Shown piece after piece: positions 36,401 through 42,948 of a DNA stretch of 64,000 nt (positions are counted from its first letter, which is position 1; each line of letters begins with the position of its first letter). The DNA is from a virus (taxonomy: Duplodnaviria > Caudoviricetes). A program made the translations under genes and the position numbers. The stretch spans positions 942 through 64,941 of the IMG/VR virus record IMGVR_UViG_3300027707_000015; one strand, 5' to 3'. The notes below the pieces were generated by a model that worked only from the letters and a program-made list of their open reading frames with translations, had not been told where the DNA came from and did no database searches.

Positions 36401-38302
36401 GTGTTTGTGTATGTGTCTAATACACCAAGAACTATTAACACACACTACACTATCGATCTTGAAACAAATACTGTAAACTTCTTGGCGGCTCCGTTAGCAG
36501 ACGAATTTGTAGAAATATTCAGTATTGGAATCGGTGGTGTTGGTATTTTAGATTATCAAAGTTATACCGCAGATGGCGCTACTGGATTATTTTTGACCAA
36601 TGCCAATTATGACAATACCAGCAGTGTATTTGTTAGTGTTAATGGCACCCAGGTTGATGTGGGATTCCGTAACAGCACAGATGTAGTCGATGCTGTGGGC
36701 AAAACTTTGGTAGATTTTGGAATCACTCCACAAGTGGGAGACATAGTTAAAATAGTATGTTTGGAAGCAACAGCTGATATTGATAGTTCGGGATTGTCTT
36801 TGGTACAAGTTAATACTCAGACCTTCTACTTTGAAGGAAGCACAAGAAGTTTTGAGATTACCGGCTTTAGTGAATTAACTAGGGGGTCGACTCTAAGCTC
36901 AATGATAGTCGAAGGCGCCGGTCGATTGTTGAAAGGGCCCGATACAGTATATGCTGTCTATGACGGTACCAATAATGTATTCTCGCTAGGTTTAGACCCA
37001 CTCGAACCCGGCGGCAGCATACTGCCATCAAATCTAAAAGTTTTTATAAACAATATACCTAGAACATTTATTGTAGACTACACTCTAGATGGACCTGCTA
37101 AAGTGCTAACTGTTAACGCATCTAAATTATTCATCGGCGATGCTATTAAGATTGAAAATGATCTCAGGGCAGAATATTCTATACAAGATAACACTATTAC
37201 TATCGACTCTGCATTTGACTTTGGATTTCCTGGAGATTCTACAGTATCTGATTCGACATACCCTGCAGTTAATGTCACCTGGTTTGGCGAGTATCCATCT
37301 ATGGATATTATCCAAGATGAAAGCAGTGGGGGTCAAGTACAGTATAAATTATCAAGATCTCCGATCTCAGTAAGCTATGTGTGGGTATATAAGAACGGAC
37401 TTCGCTTAAGACAAGATAAGGACTATTATGTGAGTTTGCCTAGAGCGGTGGTATACGTCACAGCGGTTTCAACCCCTGCAGATACTATAAAAATTGTAAA
37501 CTTTTCCAATGAAATCTTTAAATTACCGTCGGCTTATGAAATTCACAAAGACATGTTGAATGTGTTTCATTACAATAGATTTTCAAAAGATGAATGTAAA
37601 TTAACCAAGGTGTTAAACTACTACGATACAACAATAGAAGTTACTGATGCTACTGAATTGTCTCAGCCAATAGCCAATAGAAATTTACCAGGTGTTGTGT
37701 TCATTCAAGGTGAACGCATTGAATACATGTCAAAGGTAGGCAACATATTGAGCCAACTACGTAGAGGTGCTCAAGGAACGGCTATAGCAAATACATATGC
37801 GCAGGACACAGCAGTTGTTGATGTAGGATACAGTGAAGTGATCCCGTATAACGAAGTTCAGCAGAGAACTGACTTTACCAGCGACGGTAGCACATTGTTA
37901 ATTGGACCGCTAGATTTTGTGCCTCAAAAGGGTACTAGAAGCGGAACATGGTACAGAAGTTCTATACCAGCAATCTATGGTCCTTGCGATCAAATAGAAG
38001 TGTTTGCCGCAGGCCGTAGACTAAAAAAAGATCCTCAAGCCGTTTATGTAGAAGCCAATGGTGCTGCTAGTCCAGCAGCAGATCAGACACAAGAAGCCGA
38101 GTTCAGCGTAGACGGTGCAACAGCACAGATACGACTTACCACTGTTCTACCAGCAGGTACTCGAATCACAGTGTTACGAAGACAAGGTAAAACTTGGCAT
38201 GCTAGAGGTGAAACAACGGCTACAGATGGCGTAAGTTTGATAGATTCTGATACAGCCATAGCTAGATTCATTGTGGAAAAGACCACAGCTATACCTGAAT
38301 AA
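24476..38302 (+). CDS. Giant baseplate/fibre structural protein (gp7 position), 4608 aa
   Basis: Follows gp6. Six FG-GAP-like repeats (FGxxxxxSxDGxxLxIGAP), about six CBM5/12-like WxxxxxYxxGDxVxY repeats, repeated FDxxxFD motifs. Confidence 0.7.
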   Translation: MADKFPNSQLPIRRSVELLPVIFQTPANDKFLSAVVDPLIQPGVLDKVVGYIGRRYDKTYNGKDVYVDTDGTLRSSYQLESGVIFKNHDKIENFYDYIDVKNQLKFFGNAIERDDKVTSQTHYTWDPPIDWDKFINYREYYWEPLGPRSINITGQSAAINSTYKVVLGTTKNSFVFTPDAYTNNPTLTLYRGQTYKFKVNAPAEGFAIRTNFDTGSLLFQPSRSYAQGSLVVYDSKLWRAIRDITSFDTSSITIDSEDWQYIEPAGAGSALDYDNGITNNGVENGTLTFVVPYDAPDTLYYQSKITPDAFGRFIIADIEENTFVNVDIEIIGKTTYTSGNGIEFSNGMVVEFSGNILPTIYATDTWLVEGVGAAITLTRFSDLVVPVLSTEVPEVLFDNEGFDTQPFDDATEYAAFKDYVTIARDSVDNNPWSRYNRWFHRSVLEKAYQLRGQDFPANEAARAKRPIIEFRAGLQLFNHGSTAKQTVDYIDTATTDVFSIIEGAKGYNIDGEFIFEGARILVVADTDNLVNNKIYTVEFITHNGVVQIHLNESDDTESILGQCVTVRRGAVNKGLMFHYNGTNWVSSQPKTTVNQAPMFDVYDSNEISFGDNTTYADTEFTGSSILSYKPGTARIDKELGFKISYLNIDNIGDIEFNWNWDTEIFRYTIDRSPVQKKISTGFYRFGSNRYANGWQQLDSKYLQPIIDNQIVETATNTLVFFTVQWESLTVDPEINFYVNGVKYTGTWTRNRGTFVFNKTFAVKDVVVIKLITDIEPDQGFYEIPVGLEKNPFNTPIASFTLGQAVDHIASAVEWDTEFTGTLPGVSNLRDLEDYRLFAKRFLKHSGNTPLAVMTLCDKSHNIIKSIQYAKKEYTDFKNNFLQRAVEIDFNDDVVNFVDDIINSLTAVKTSKNAFADSDMIGAGAYTALATIVEDPGITVFSLTQPFDLKTPSTQAVYVYKNGVQLINAQDYEFDSTFSFVKILKSISVGDAIEIREYLSTATNHIPPTPTTMGLYKKYTPMKFLDDTYQEPRYVIQGHDGSITSAYNDFRDDLLMELELRIYNNIKQEYDPAVFDIDQILAGYYGVGEYSKPQLDGIVVQDFLKWIQNTNINYTLNEYFDSENSFTYTYSNMSDPTKTKNIPGWWRGVYQHFYDTDRPHRCPWEMLGFSQQPSWWQEEYGAAPYTSNNLILWEDLEAGVIRQGVRAGRHDRYKRPGLIRHVPVDGDGKLLSPLDSNLAQDFSLINNRGPFVLGDVSPAEYAWRSSSEWPFAIVTAMCLMKPFEYIPDNFDRSRIIKNKLDQYVNFTTNLFVTIADIAPYVTNSTALGLVKYLTSYTKSQGLSSDGLQTKIEKLDVALSFRMSGFVDQQQQKYLLDSKNPSATTSGIFIPAENYDIIFNVSSPVTTVSYSGVRLEKTAGGWIVAGYDDIHPYFNYHLAQASSKDPVISVGGVSESFTDWIEDKNYNNGTLVRYQSNFYRAVKTHRSGGDFDRSQWKKLGDVPKVGAIEAQRRRVFNTLSVRQISYGTLLTSIQEVVDLLLGYESYLKTQGIIFDNYDPQNATSQDWLSAAKEFMFWTKHNWEPGAIIALSPSAQKLEISVPIGTPDNLLDGFYDYQILKGDGTPLAPRFINVNRSFQNLKIETTNTTDGIYYARLHYVIKEHVTVFDDRTVFNDIIYDKPTGYRQGRIKMQAFRTVDWDGDYTSPGFIFDNVDIQIWKPFNDYRLGDIVSYKSYDWTSLVNQLGTEEFNDANWTKLDSKPVKQLVSNFDYKIKEFSDYFETSSQGLDQSQRELARHAIGYQQRDYLQNLADDSVSQYQLYQGFIREKGTANSINKIFNKLSRSGSDSVILNEEWAFRLGQVGGVDQFSEIEIQLEKNRFKLNPQPHLVTSSESHNALDQYYRFTASDFTISAIPYTTDILPTTVDLEPELTAGYVSSGQYQHVIGTIDQLTTLDITTVDENDHIWVTFDQDSWQILRVNESPLLYVTEALRIDDTVVTLTLNRPHSIVVDSYVGFREIVNLSGFFKVSAVTNTTITVVVNADISDPELDSSTTVNIQLLTTARFADYAAVDQQPVALLKNKSLVFVDNNGSDQWEVVQKNKLYTAKPIVDFGTSAPLLTGAKVIYDNVNKHVISSMPGAGFVNVYVETDTGLSLKQIIAPPIGFYDIALGSFGEKMAVSPDGKYLVIGAPTASGVVNRYMGEWQTEVAYEQNDIVLYGGRLYRALNANGNFVGLGDGSTQVAINSDDWVQHTTVIPAETSARNPGYYQQGMVAVYEFISGRYINTTAFVSPRPTDNEKFGSEITVGVNGTEYYLAVSAIGSYNNTGRVYLIKYTGAEWTHMENPLYKGIYNLFDSYKQGEIVWQAAQDPVGEAVRGNLWQSLDGSTSDGSTITLDSQNWLKVSEISTHCSLPTNISVEDDGSTLEFTTTGLLTDTQKAELVKQGDQFGFSMTMSSDGSILVIGAPDSDGAYFANYRGLWRADVEYVEGETVRYRGSPSESYQYYQLGDLFLGPDSTYRSYNEDPSDSASWQQVGDSTSTSSGKIFVYKKTQYDSYELTQMINAGSLSSFTDIDSGLVISTGDQFGFSMDMDSNGTTLAVSCPRSDVNYQDQGAVFVLELDQPVTEYRVKQRLQSYEIYANEYFGFAVSVSPDSAKIAVGARNTKTPFPINFDLLEGTTFDNSRTRFYVEQGFTGGVYVFDKKDQIFFLTEKLDSDLQTDESFGHSVDCVGTKLLVGSPYYRNSVTNTYQGISRLFTSNTTGASWTTLTNQQPLVDLRKIKKIELYDNVKNVKIQDVDYIDAARGKILNIAEQEIKYKTPYDPAVYTVGTTSVVVDTTINWLEKNVGKLWWNISTAKFQYAEQKDSAYRIGNWNQTVQGASIDVYEWVETVLLPNEWAALADTNAGLTQGISGQPLYPNNDVYSVKFFFSSTTGQVSETLYYYWVRSKAVTPANMVGRKRSAAEVANLISNPAGTGIAFVAFLQSDKFLSYNFKSIMQSDTALINLQIRKNLESQIPVHNEYQLLTEGVADSLPSAKLENKWIDSLVGSDIAGNKIPDISLSAKQKYGIEYRPRQTMFVDRILALKIVIEYINNILQKETFAETIDFTNLSSVDTVPSSALNLYDVAIDTDVDLQTVGTTNTRRAVLRGNLINGELDTIDIVDPGYGYKPKELFDQEQSGIYIGPPIAISGDGINATAVCHIDGQGRVIIVVVTNRGKKYSSITVQVRYFSVLVNNDATLNDFWSIYSWDDLRKVYFRSKSQSFDTTKYWSKIDWVRTGYNSSLRIIKELNSIYDVVDAQIAIGDIIKVKEYAAGGWAIFEKISDTAELFLDRYLLVSRQLGTIEINSSLYNTGIIGVGFDNTQAFDTTTYDIENSRELRNIFTAIKQQVFVGDYAVEWNKLFFASIRHVFSEQQYVDWVFKTSFLNATHNIGAFEQKVNYKNDNLQSYQEYINEVKPFRTTVREYVSRYDTPETYSSAIADFDLPPSYSIFDGRANPVNALSAEISQYPWKWWADNNAYTVTAIEVYQQGSDYITPPKVLISGTGTGATAKAFISNGKVSSIQVLTAGSGYTAAPTITLVGGNSPTSIQAKAVSVIGDAQVRTFDVSVKFDRISTSGIYNTFSQTQTFTATGSSAVFLLNYSPTNDKAKIRVTQKSFVTKKTQVVLASEYSINLYYQATDSYSLLRGKLVFNTAPSKDDEIIVTYDKNILLFDAVNRINQSYTPKAGMIGKELNQLMTGIDFGGVRIQGTTFDVTGGWDALPWFTDNWDSVESSSDYYHVADGSTGTVTLPYIPAAGQQINIYVKRKNTNITVRVDDENYSPVQDSSTGTNPTAEMPTFVGDGVNAVVTIGGYLSTIDGDILIFRPIESDGSVVITDDNILDTKLSGGSLSSISGAYATANGTTAEEITITGGKFIDPTVVPAPEENVPGQVIESVSIKVYNNAISGAATLQSNVKTANGTDTEFAIGQTVLETQSVFVYVSNTPRTINTHYTIDLETNTVNFLAAPLADEFVEIFSIGIGGVGILDYQSYTADGATGLFLTNANYDNTSSVFVSVNGTQVDVGFRNSTDVVDAVGKTLVDFGITPQVGDIVKIVCLEATADIDSSGLSLVQVNTQTFYFEGSTRSFEITGFSELTRGSTLSSMIVEGAGRLLKGPDTVYAVYDGTNNVFSLGLDPLEPGGSILPSNLKVFINNIPRTFIVDYTLDGPAKVLTVNASKLFIGDAIKIENDLRAEYSIQDNTITIDSAFDFGFPGDSTVSDSTYPAVNVTWFGEYPSMDIIQDESSGGQVQYKLSRSPISVSYVWVYKNGLRLRQDKDYYVSLPRAVVYVTAVSTPADTIKIVNFSNEIFKLPSAYEIHKDMLNVFHYNRFSKDECKLTKVLNYYDTTIEVTDATELSQPIANRNLPGVVFIQGERIEYMSKVGNILSQLRRGAQGTAIANTYAQDTAVVDVGYSEVIPYNEVQQRTDFTSDGSTLLIGPLDFVPQKGTRSGTWYRSSIPAIYGPCDQIEVFAAGRRLKKDPQAVYVEANGAASPAADQTQEAEFSVDGATAQIRLTTVLPAGTRITVLRRQGKTWHARGETTATDGVSLIDSDTAIARFIVEKTTAIPE

Positions 38303-38305
38303 ATA
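38298..38305 (+). promoter_or_regulatory. Late promoter AATAAATA
   Basis: Overlaps the stop of the giant gene; 4 nt before the ATG at 38310. Confidence 0.55.
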
Positions 38306-38309
38306 CATG

Positions 38310-38981
38310 ATGGAACAAAAAGAGATCAAAATGCCAAACAATCAAGATCAACAAACAGTTAGTCCCCAAGCTCGCCCTAACGAAACAGGCGGGTTTCATT
38401 TTGAAGGACATATAAAAATCCATGATCCCAACACCCAAGAAGTCTTTGTGGACAAACGCAATGCTATTCATTATGAAAATATGAGTGTGGCCATGGTCAA
38501 CAGTTTAAGCAATCAAGGCTACGGAACAGTGTACCAAATGATTTTTGGTACAGGTGGGACCACAGTGGACCCCACCGGGCTTATCACATATCTTACTCCG
38601 AATACAGTGGGAGTAAATTCTAGCCTATACAATCAAACCTATCAAAAAGTAGTGGATCAAAACGCCATTGAAAATCAAGATCCGATTAGAAACAAGATGG
38701 AAATTAGACATATCAGCGGTGCAACCTACAGTGATATTTTGATCAGTTGTTTATTAGATTACGGCGAGCCTTTAGATCAAGAAGCCTTTGACAACAGCGT
38801 GGATATGAATGGTGAATTTGTGTTCGATGAATTGGGATTAAAAGGTCTCGGCCCAAATACATCAGACGGAAAGTTACTGACTCATGTTATATTTCATCCA
38901 GTACAAAAAAGTTTGAATAGATTACTGCAGATAGACTACACCATACGTGTGCAGAGTTTAACTGGCTTTGCTGAGGTCTAA
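38310..38981 (+). CDS. Putative virion structural protein (tail/baseplate)
   Basis: ORF 38271-38981, start reassigned to an in-frame ATG (38307/38310; 38331 also possible). Lies within the tail operon. Confidence 0.6.
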   Translation: MEQKEIKMPNNQDQQTVSPQARPNETGGFHFEGHIKIHDPNTQEVFVDKRNAIHYENMSVAMVNSLSNQGYGTVYQMIFGTGGTTVDPTGLITYLTPNTVGVNSSLYNQTYQKVVDQNAIENQDPIRNKMEIRHISGATYSDILISCLLDYGEPLDQEAFDNSVDMNGEFVFDELGLKGLGPNTSDGKLLTHVIFHPVQKSLNRLLQIDYTIRVQSLTGFAEV

Positions 38982-38983
38982 TC

Positions 38984-41101
38984 ATGCCATATATAGTTAA
39001 TTTTACAGATAACCAAAACAAAAGTCCTATCACAGTATTTGATAATACTTCTAGCACAGACACCAGCCTAGTCTTTCCTGGTCGAAACGTCACCGGCTAC
39101 GGACAGATCATAGCGGAAAACTTTTTATCACTGCTGGAAAATTTTGCATCTACTAACCAACCGGTAAATCCAGTAGAAGGACAGTTATGGTATGACAGCA
39201 CTGGCGGCACACAGACTCTGAAAATATGGGATAACACAGCATGGAAAGCAGCCTCAGGCATACAGAAAGGTGTTAGCCAACCTGCGGTTGAGACTAGTAA
39301 AGTTGGCGAACTTTGGGTAGATACCACAAACCAACAACTGCGCATTTTTACTGGCACACGATGGATTTTAGTTGGCCCTACTGAAAGTTCAGTAGGCGGT
39401 TTAAGATACGGACCCGTAATAGAAAAAATATCTGATTCCGACAACGTAGATAGATTTATATTGGTATTTTATATTGCCGATATTCCTGTGATCGTTATAA
39501 GCAAGGACAGCTTTACTCCTAAAACTTTAATCACTGGATTTGTCACGGTAAAATCGGGAATAAACATCAGTGCTCCGGCCGATTCCACTGAAATAGCCAA
39601 TTTTGTAGGAGGGTTTTTACCTCTGCTTAACGGTACGGCTAAAAATGCTCAAGCACTATTAGTAGGTGGAGTAGAAAAAGCTGCAGGAACATTTCTCAGA
39701 TCAGACACTATTAACACCACTGATTATGAAATAAAAATAAAAAACAACAACGGTCTTTCTATCGGAGTTGACGAAACATTCAAGTTGTTATCGACTGAAT
39801 CATCTAACAGCATATACAATTCTGCAGCAGGTAGTTCTCTTGATTTACAGACTAACAGAAACGGAATTCCTGCAACAATACTTAGAGTAATAGATAATCT
39901 TGTAGGAATAAATCAAGAAAACCCAACCGAATCTCTAGATGTTATTGGTAATTTTAAACTCACAGGAACACTAGTATCTAACAACACCACAGCTAGTAGT
40001 AATTTGAATAATGGTAGTATAAGAACACTGGGCGGAGCAGCAATTACTAAAAACTTAATTGTAGGAGATGGCATAGATGTTACTGGAACCCTACAAACTA
40101 ATACCATACAACCAAGTCTCACCAACACCTATGATTTAGGCACAGGTCTAAAAAGATTCAACAATATACGTGCTAAAACAATCATAGCAGATACCATACA
40201 GGGTGTACTAGAAGGAAATATCAGTGGTAATGCTAACACTGCCACTGCCCTGAGCACAGTGACTAGTTTTCAACTAGCAGGCGATGTTGTGTCACCTGCT
40301 GTGCCGTTTGACGGTCAGGTAGGCGCAGCTACTAAAATCTTCAATGCTACTCTTACCGCAAACATCATAGCAGGTAAAAGTGAACCGGCACCTAACCGAG
40401 GTAAAAAGGGAGATTTTGTATTAACATATAGACCAAGTGAAAGTACTTTGGCTAGTTCGGGATTGTTGAAACAGACTAGAGAAGTTTTCATGGGCGATTT
40501 AGCTGTGCCAATTGGTGCAATATTACCTTATGCGGGTGGAACTACTCCTGATGGATATTTGTTATGTGATGGATCAGAAATTGAAAGATCAAAATTTGGT
40601 GATTTATTTGACATTATTGGAGTTACATTTAATGGATCCGCAGCATTAGTGGGTGTGAATACATTTAGATTGCCTGACCTTAGGGGTAGATTTGCTCTAG
40701 GCAAAGATAACATGGATAATGCAGGAACTGTACCAACATCTGCAGGTCCTTATATAGACGCCGGTGGTGGTACTGCAGGCCGTGTTCCAGACGTGCAGGC
40801 CACGATCCTGGGCGGTGCAGCGGGCCTTAGCTCAGTGGCACTGACCTTGGCCAACTTGCCAGAACACAGTCATACTTTGTCAACAGCTACTCAGGACTAT
40901 GCTGCGGTAGCAGTGAGTACAACACTTGATCCATTGGCCACTTCTGGTCTAGGACCAACAGCCCCAGGGCAAGCACAGTACCTTAAAGATAGTGGCAATG
41001 TCAAAAAACCAGTAGGTGTTACTCTTGGAACTGCTGTGGGATTAATGAATCCGTTTCTATCAATGAACTTTATAATCAGATCCGGACCACCGGCATTCTA
41101 A
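38984..41101 (+). CDS. Tail fibre protein with tail-collar domain
   Basis: Collar motif PIGAILPYAGGTTPDGYLLCDG...FRLPDLRGRF near 40505-40690; shared fibre N-terminus. Confidence 0.85.
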   Translation: MPYIVNFTDNQNKSPITVFDNTSSTDTSLVFPGRNVTGYGQIIAENFLSLLENFASTNQPVNPVEGQLWYDSTGGTQTLKIWDNTAWKAASGIQKGVSQPAVETSKVGELWVDTTNQQLRIFTGTRWILVGPTESSVGGLRYGPVIEKISDSDNVDRFILVFYIADIPVIVISKDSFTPKTLITGFVTVKSGINISAPADSTEIANFVGGFLPLLNGTAKNAQALLVGGVEKAAGTFLRSDTINTTDYEIKIKNNNGLSIGVDETFKLLSTESSNSIYNSAAGSSLDLQTNRNGIPATILRVIDNLVGINQENPTESLDVIGNFKLTGTLVSNNTTASSNLNNGSIRTLGGAAITKNLIVGDGIDVTGTLQTNTIQPSLTNTYDLGTGLKRFNNIRAKTIIADTIQGVLEGNISGNANTATALSTVTSFQLAGDVVSPAVPFDGQVGAATKIFNATLTANIIAGKSEPAPNRGKKGDFVLTYRPSESTLASSGLLKQTREVFMGDLAVPIGAILPYAGGTTPDGYLLCDGSEIERSKFGDLFDIIGVTFNGSAALVGVNTFRLPDLRGRFALGKDNMDNAGTVPTSAGPYIDAGGGTAGRVPDVQATILGGAAGLSSVALTLANLPEHSHTLSTATQDYAAVAVSTTLDPLATSGLGPTAPGQAQYLKDSGNVKKPVGVTLGTAVGLMNPFLSMNFIIRSGPPAF

Positions 41102-41114
41102 CAGGTAAAATAAC

Positions 41115-42929
41115 ATGGCATATCAGATTAACAAAACAGACGGAACCATAGTTGCTACTGTTGCTGACGGTCAAATTGATGATCGATCAACAGATATTAC
41201 CTTAATTGGTAAAAACTACAGTGGTTTCGGAGAAATATTTAATGAAAATCTAGTTAAGATATTAGAAAACTTTGCTGAGTCAACACAACCGGATCATCCT
41301 CTAAGAGGCCAAATATGGTTCGACTCTAGTCAATCAAAATTGAAAGTGTATAACGGTATTAGTTTTGTACCAGTCAGTTCTGCAACAATATCCAGTGCTC
41401 AGCCTTCAACATTGGCCATAGGCGATCTATGGTATGATGATGTGGGCAAACAAATATTTTTCTTTGATGGTACTTCGGCAATATTGTTAGCTCCGACCTA
41501 TAGCAGTTCACAGAGTCTAAGTGGACTCCGAGTTGATACTATATTAGATACTCTTAATCAAACTAGAGTTATTACCAGCTTGTATAACAATGGTATATTA
41601 TTAGGCATATTTTCCAAAGACAGCTTCACGCCAAAAATAGCTATTATTGGCTATACAGGCAGCATCGAACCTGGGTTTAATGCAGGAACATTGGCTAATT
41701 TTAAAATACGTGCCACCTGCACCAACAGTGACAGCCTCGGAGGCGCATCTGCTACTACCTATGTTCGCACTGATACTGCTAATGCAATCAACGGACAATT
41801 ACAAATTACTGTTGACTCGGGATTAATCTTTGGGTCAGCCAACCAAGGATCGTTGTTTGTTACAGATGGTAATGTAAATTTAGCCAATTCCGCAAGTAAT
41901 AAAAATATTACGTTAAGCGTGAATAGAGCAGATACTCAAGAAAACGCAATAGTAATAAATTCAAATGCAAGGACTATTGGACTATATCCTACAGAATCTT
42001 CTAGCACCATTAATCTCGGTGGAAATCTGGTAGTAAACGGAAATCTCACAGTAGAAGGAACTACCACTACACTAAACACCAGTATTTTCACAGTAGAAGA
42101 TAAAAATATTATTATTGCCAATGTTACCAGCCCCACCAACAGCACAGCTGACGGTGCAGGCATAACCATCAAAGGCACCACTGATAAAATCATTGCTTAT
42201 AGTAATAGCAGCAATTGGTTAGACATTTCTGAAACATTGAATCTAGCATCAGGTAAAGCGGTATACATAGGCGGTACAAAAGTCATTGATGGAAACAGCT
42301 TAGGTTCTGCTATTACCAGTATTCCCGGGGTGAGCTCATTTGGTACACAAAATGTAGTAAACGTTGGCCCGGGTGCTCCGGCCGTAACACAACTGAGATT
42401 AGAAAACCATAGGATCTCTACAGTATCAACTAACTTTGATATTGAATTAGAACCAGATGGCACTGGCAATGTTTCTTTGATCGGTAGCCCAAGGATTATC
42501 GGCATGGCAGATCCCACAGCTGCCCAAGATGCTGCTACTAAAGAATATACAGATAACAAAGTAGAATCAAGACCGTTAATTTTCAGCATTGATCTTTCCG
42601 ATGGAAAATCAAACACATATATAATTGCTAGCATATTAAATAATCTTGCTCCGGTAGGTGAATATCGCACAGGAACCTATGCAAGAATATTATGCAGTTT
42701 GATCAGCAATAATGCACAGAGTCTAGAAATAAACTCACTGCCTCCGGCATTCTCAACAGCAGCATTCTTAACTACTCTTGGCGGCGCTAGCAGTTTGGCT
42801 ATTACCAACATAAGTTTTCCAACAGCCACTATCTCAGCAGCCAGTGTGTCTGTGACAAGAATTATTAAATTGTTTCAAATAGTAGGTGGTGTGTGGGCAT
42901 GGCAATCAGATACCAGTTTACCACCATAA
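41115..42929 (+). CDS. Fibre/whisker protein, paralog family member
   Basis: MAYQINKTDG...LIGKNYSGFGE..NENLVKILENFA...GQIWFD N-terminus shared with three neighbours. Confidence 0.75.
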   Translation: MAYQINKTDGTIVATVADGQIDDRSTDITLIGKNYSGFGEIFNENLVKILENFAESTQPDHPLRGQIWFDSSQSKLKVYNGISFVPVSSATISSAQPSTLAIGDLWYDDVGKQIFFFDGTSAILLAPTYSSSQSLSGLRVDTILDTLNQTRVITSLYNNGILLGIFSKDSFTPKIAIIGYTGSIEPGFNAGTLANFKIRATCTNSDSLGGASATTYVRTDTANAINGQLQITVDSGLIFGSANQGSLFVTDGNVNLANSASNKNITLSVNRADTQENAIVINSNARTIGLYPTESSSTINLGGNLVVNGNLTVEGTTTTLNTSIFTVEDKNIIIANVTSPTNSTADGAGITIKGTTDKIIAYSNSSNWLDISETLNLASGKAVYIGGTKVIDGNSLGSAITSIPGVSSFGTQNVVNVGPGAPAVTQLRLENHRISTVSTNFDIELEPDGTGNVSLIGSPRIIGMADPTAAQDAATKEYTDNKVESRPLIFSIDLSDGKSNTYIIASILNNLAPVGEYRTGTYARILCSLISNNAQSLEINSLPPAFSTAAFLTTLGGASSLAITNISFPTATISAASVSVTRIIKLFQIVGGVWAWQSDTSLPP

Positions 42930-42948
42930 TGAACCAGGAGCGGCATAA

